Positions 60,899 through 64,000 of a DNA stretch of 64,000 nt are shown one piece after another. The notes under the pieces are model-generated. The model searched no databases and was not told where the DNA came from. It worked only from the letters and a program-made list of their open reading frames with translations. Each line of letters opens with the position of its first letter. Position 1 is the first letter of the stretch. The position numbers and the translations under genes are program-made. The DNA comes from Alphaproteobacteria bacterium (lineage in GTDB: Bacteria > Pseudomonadota > Alphaproteobacteria > Bin95): positions 13,633 to 77,632 of the forward strand of contig JAPORR010000028.1 of the NCBI GenBank assembly GCA_026710105.1, written 5' to 3'.

Positions 60899-60922
60899 GT
60901 CCAGAGTCCCTAAACTTGGCAT

Positions 60923-60937
60923 TGGCATATTATGCCA
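60923..60937. promoter_or_regulatory. perfect 7-1-7 palindrome TGGCATA-T-TATGCCA immediately upstream of parD (candidate autoregulatory operator)
   Basis: The inverted repeat was read directly; it overlaps or abuts the alternative parD start. Confidence 0.5.
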
Positions 60938-61348
60938 CAATCCGTTGCAAGGCAAGGCATTCGGGCTTGTCCAACTGGAGGCGCGGCAAGGTTTGCGATA
61001 GACTGCGATCCCGTGCCGGACCGGTGCGAATTGACGGCAATCGGCCAGCGGGGAGACGCCGCCCATGTCCGACAATGAAGGCCCCGATTCAGTCGCCGCT
61101 GGCACGGCTGACATCATGGACAACCTGATGCCCGGCGCGGCCCCGGGTTCCCGTGAATCCACCTGCCCGGCCAACGCGCGCCACCGCCAGCAAGGTCTCG
61201 ATCTGCGCCTCGTCGAAGCGCGCCAGGTATTCGCCAAGACGCCGGCTCGAGGGCACGCGGCCAAGACCCAGCAGACGGCGACCGACCCGGTCCTCGCACA
61301 GCGTGTCAAGAGCGTTCCGTTGCCCGCCGCCCTGTAGGCACACTGTCC

Positions 61349-61696
61349 TTACGACAATATCTCCACCGGCTCGTCGAGTGGGTGGCGGCCCTCGCGGTCT
61401 TCTATTTCCAGCACCCAGAGGTCAGGGTCACGGGCGGCTTCGCGGGCGATCTCCGCATCTGTTTCGGCCTCGGGGCCCGGCGGGCGGGCGAGCCAGCGGC
61501 GGCGGTCGTCGTCGGTCCAGGCCGGGCGCAACAATTGCGCCGTGCCGTCGAGGCGGTTGAGCTTCAGCAGCACCGCACCGGCGCCATCGAAACCGCGCCG
61601 TGCCACCTGCGCCGCACAGCCCCGCACCGAGGCTGCACGAATGCAAGCCTGGATGTAAAGGCGAGGCTTGAGCGCCAAGGCGGCGTCGGGCCTCAA
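61349..61696 (-). CDS. DUF1491 domain protein
   Basis: LKPRLYIQACIRAASVRGCAAQVARRGFDGAGAVLLKLNRLDGTAQL matches the DUF1491 N-terminal pattern. Confidence 0.5.
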   Translation of the reverse strand: MRPDAALALKPRLYIQACIRAASVRGCAAQVARRGFDGAGAVLLKLNRLDGTAQLLRPAWTDDDRRRWLARPPGPEAETDAEIAREAARDPDLWVLEIEDREGRHPLDEPVEILS

Positions 61697-62559
61697 GCGT
61701 GTCCGGGCACGATGTGCCGGTCAGGCGAGGGCCGAAAGGTCACGCGCTTCAGCCAGCGGTTCTGCGCCGGATCGAAATCATCGCGCCGGTGGAGCAGGAA
61801 TCCGTTGTCCCACAGCACCGCATCGCCGACCTGCCAGTCATGCCGGTAAACGAAGCACGGCTTGGTCGCATGCGCGACCAGTTGATCGAGCAGGGCGCGG
61901 CCTTCGCCGGCCCCCATGCCCTTGATGCCGGCCATCGTGCCAGGGTCAAGATAGAGCGCCTTGCGGCCCGTCATGGGATGCGCATGCACGAGCGGGTGGA
62001 CGACGTCAGGGGTGCGCCGGCGGATGTCCTCCGCCGCCAGCTTGTCGATATTCCCGTAACCGGCGACCCGCACGGCATAACTGAAGATGGCGTGGCGGCC
62101 GTCGAGTTCGGCCTTCATGGCATCATCGAGCGCCTCATAGGCGGCCTCCAGATTGGCCCAGCTCGTCGCCGCCTGGTCGGTCGGCGCCTCGACGCAATAG
62201 AGCAGTGAGCCGGTCGCTGGATTGGCCATGTAGGACTGGTCGGTGTGCCAGGCGAGTTCACCCTGGCCAATGCCGCCGATAGGGGCGCCATCCGGGCTGC
62301 GCATATTGGAGATATAGGTGATCTCGGGCCGGTATTTTGACGCCCAGTCCTGGCGGACGATCGTCTCCGGGGCACCGAACCAAGAGGCGGCTTCCACGAG
62401 TTCCACCTCCGATAGCGCCTGCCGGCGGAACACTAAAACGCCATGCTCGGCAAGCGCGGCATCCAGCGCCTCGCGTGTTTCCTCGTCCGGCCGTTCATGC
62501 AACGCGACGCCTTCGACGATCTTGGCGAAACCGTTGTTAGCGGGCGTGAAGGTCAGCAT
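61693..62559 (-). CDS. TauD/TfdA family Fe(II)/2-oxoglutarate-dependent dioxygenase
   Basis: WHTDQSY iron-binding HxD motif and C-terminal LWDNGFLLHRR. Confidence 0.8.
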   Translation of the reverse strand: MLTFTPANNGFAKIVEGVALHERPDEETREALDAALAEHGVLVFRRQALSEVELVEAASWFGAPETIVRQDWASKYRPEITYISNMRSPDGAPIGGIGQGELAWHTDQSYMANPATGSLLYCVEAPTDQAATSWANLEAAYEALDDAMKAELDGRHAIFSYAVRVAGYGNIDKLAAEDIRRRTPDVVHPLVHAHPMTGRKALYLDPGTMAGIKGMGAGEGRALLDQLVAHATKPCFVYRHDWQVGDAVLWDNGFLLHRRDDFDPAQNRWLKRVTFRPSPDRHIVPGHA

Positions 62560-62563
62560 GCCG

Positions 62564-63538
62564 TTAAAGTTCCTTCAAAAGCGCGTCGATATCCTCTGGC
62601 CCTTCGACCGCGATGCCCGACATCTCCCGGTCGATGCGCCGCGCTAAGCCGGAAAGCACCTTGCCCGCGCCGAGCTCAACCACGCGGTCGATATCATTGT
62701 CGCGCATGAACATCATGCTTTCCCGCCAGCGGACGGTCGCCGTCACCTGACGCACGAGCAGGTCCGGCAGGTCAGCGGCGTGTGCCACAGGGCGCGCCGT
62801 GACATTCGCGACCAGCGGTGTCGCGGGGTCTTCCATGGTGACGGCGCCCAACGCCTCGGCCATCGCGTCGGCGGCGGGCTGCAGCAGCGCGCAATGGAAA
62901 GGAGCGCTCACATCCAGCAGAATCGCCCGGCGCGCGCCCCGTTCCTTTGCGAGCGCCACCGCCCGTTCGACGGCCGCGCGATCGCCGCTCACCACCACCT
63001 GCCCGGGTGCGTTGTCATTGGCTGTGTCGCAGACCTCGCTCCCGGCGGCGTCACGCGCCACCGCCGCGGCCTGCTCGAAGTCGAGGCCGAGCAACGCCGC
63101 CATCGCCCCGGCACCGACCGGCACCGCGCCCTGCATCGCCTGGCCACGCAATTTGAGCAGCCGGGCGGCGTCGGCCAGCCGAAAGCTGCCGGCCGCGGTC
63201 AGCGCCGAATACTCGCCGAGCGAATGTCCTGCCAGATAGAGGCAGGCTCCGGGCAGCGAAACCCCGCCTTCGCGCTCCAGGACACGCATCACGGCCAAGC
63301 TGTGCGCCATCAGCGCGGGCTGGGCGTTCTCGGTCAGCGTGAGTTCGTCGCCAGGGCCCTCAAACATCAGCCGTGACAGGCTCTGCCCGAGCGCGTCGTC
63401 GACCTCTTCGAACACCTCGCGCGCGGCTGCCGACATCTCGGCCAGCGCATGGCCCATGCCGACTGCTTGCGACCCCTGCCCAGGAAAGACGAATGCTGTT
63501 GCCACAACCCCTCCAAATGTCCTGTCGACGGGCTGCAA
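62564..63538 (-). CDS. fabD: [acyl-carrier-protein] S-malonyltransferase
   Basis: AFVFPGQGSQAVGMG and LAGHSLGEYSALTAAG active-site motifs. The start may be an internal GTG near 63500. Confidence 0.85.
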   Translation of the reverse strand: MQPVDRTFGGVVATAFVFPGQGSQAVGMGHALAEMSAAAREVFEEVDDALGQSLSRLMFEGPGDELTLTENAQPALMAHSLAVMRVLEREGGVSLPGACLYLAGHSLGEYSALTAAGSFRLADAARLLKLRGQAMQGAVPVGAGAMAALLGLDFEQAAAVARDAAGSEVCDTANDNAPGQVVVSGDRAAVERAVALAKERGARRAILLDVSAPFHCALLQPAADAMAEALGAVTMEDPATPLVANVTARPVAHAADLPDLLVRQVTATVRWRESMMFMRDNDIDRVVELGAGKVLSGLARRIDREMSGIAVEGPEDIDALLKEL

Positions 63539-64000
63539 TCAAGGCGCGGCAGTGGGGGCTGTCAAGGACGCAACTACGGCAATCGCTTGAAGTGATCGAG
63601 CGGTAGTGCGTTTGATAGCGAAGAAGAGGTATTCATCATCCCATGCTGCTGATTGTCTTCTGACTTTGAGACTTGCCTTTGGTCGTCTTGAAGACATTGA
63701 TTGCGACATGGGGCATAGTGGCCATGTTTGGGGGTCCGTGTGCGGTTCTGAGGCTTGTGCGGAAACTATGGAGCGGCCCCAGTCCCCATCGTGGCTTACC
63801 CAGGCGCGTCTTGAGGCGACTATGGTTGGCATTGGTGGTCTCGTGCGTGTGGTCTCACGGGAGACCAATGCAACCTCGGCAGGGACTTCTGGTTGCCCTT
63901 GAGCGCCAGCAGATCATCTGCCACCCAGTCTCTGGCGCGCGGCCGAGACGAGAGGCAAGGGACGGCCATTGCCGCCCGGTTGGCCATGCACGCGAGGTCT

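Noticed and set aside
61089-61343. 84-aa minus-strand ORF (..GRVPSSRRLGEYLARFDEAQIETLLAVAR..) vaguely reminiscent of IS4/IS5-type transposase N-termini, located next to the parDE locus
   Set aside because: The similarity is too weak and short to call from sequence alone. It overlaps the 5' extension of the parD track ORF. Worth a profile search but not reportable as a feature.

Overview
This window is a high-GC alphaproteobacterial chromosome segment. The assignment to Alphaproteobacteria rests on CcrM, HemJ, HdaA, DUF1013/DUF2066/DUF1491 proteins and a Rhizobiales-like purN-purM/DUF2066 synteny. It is densely coding, mostly housekeeping operons: dnaQ-coaE-aroE-maf; hemE-hemH-hemJ; a five-gene branched-chain amino-acid ABC transporter; era-rnc-lepB-acpS-pdxJ; rpoZ-rel; prmA; htpX-rsmB; ccrM-rnhB; purN-purM; hdaA; pdxH; amtB; fabD. 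No rRNA or tRNA genes and no CRISPR arrays were seen. The six-frame track contains many long antisense or alternative-frame ORFs typical of GC-rich DNA. Several real starts lie well inside the listed ORFs (era, pdxJ, rel, purM, purN, amt, ccrM, rnhB, fbiC, hdaA and others), and several junctions are 4-nt ATGA/GTGA overlaps. Four regions look accessory or otherwise unusual. First, about 7.6 kb (50.09-57.71 kb) carries hyuA/hyuB hydantoinase-oxoprolinase genes, a glutathione S-transferase, an acyl-CoA dehydrogenase and an Ldh_2-family dehydrogenase. It is bounded by ~300-bp imperfect inverted repeats, and each repeat encodes an inward-pointing, frameshifted 5' fragment with the N-terminal signature of an IS200/IS605 TnpB (OrfB). 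It sits between amtB and an fbiC FO-synthase gene. Second, there is an imelysin / DUF1111 di-haem / imelysin / DUF1513 cluster plus an outer-membrane porin, expressed from a divergent promoter that carries a Fur-box-like 19-mer. Third, a parD-parE-like toxin-antitoxin pair has a frameshifted toxin and a perfect 7-1-7 operator palindrome. Fourth, several small genes are missing from the ORF track: a 43-aa aa3-oxidase subunit-IV-like protein, a ~61-aa ribbon-helix-helix-like protein and a DUF1674/SDHAF4-like protein.
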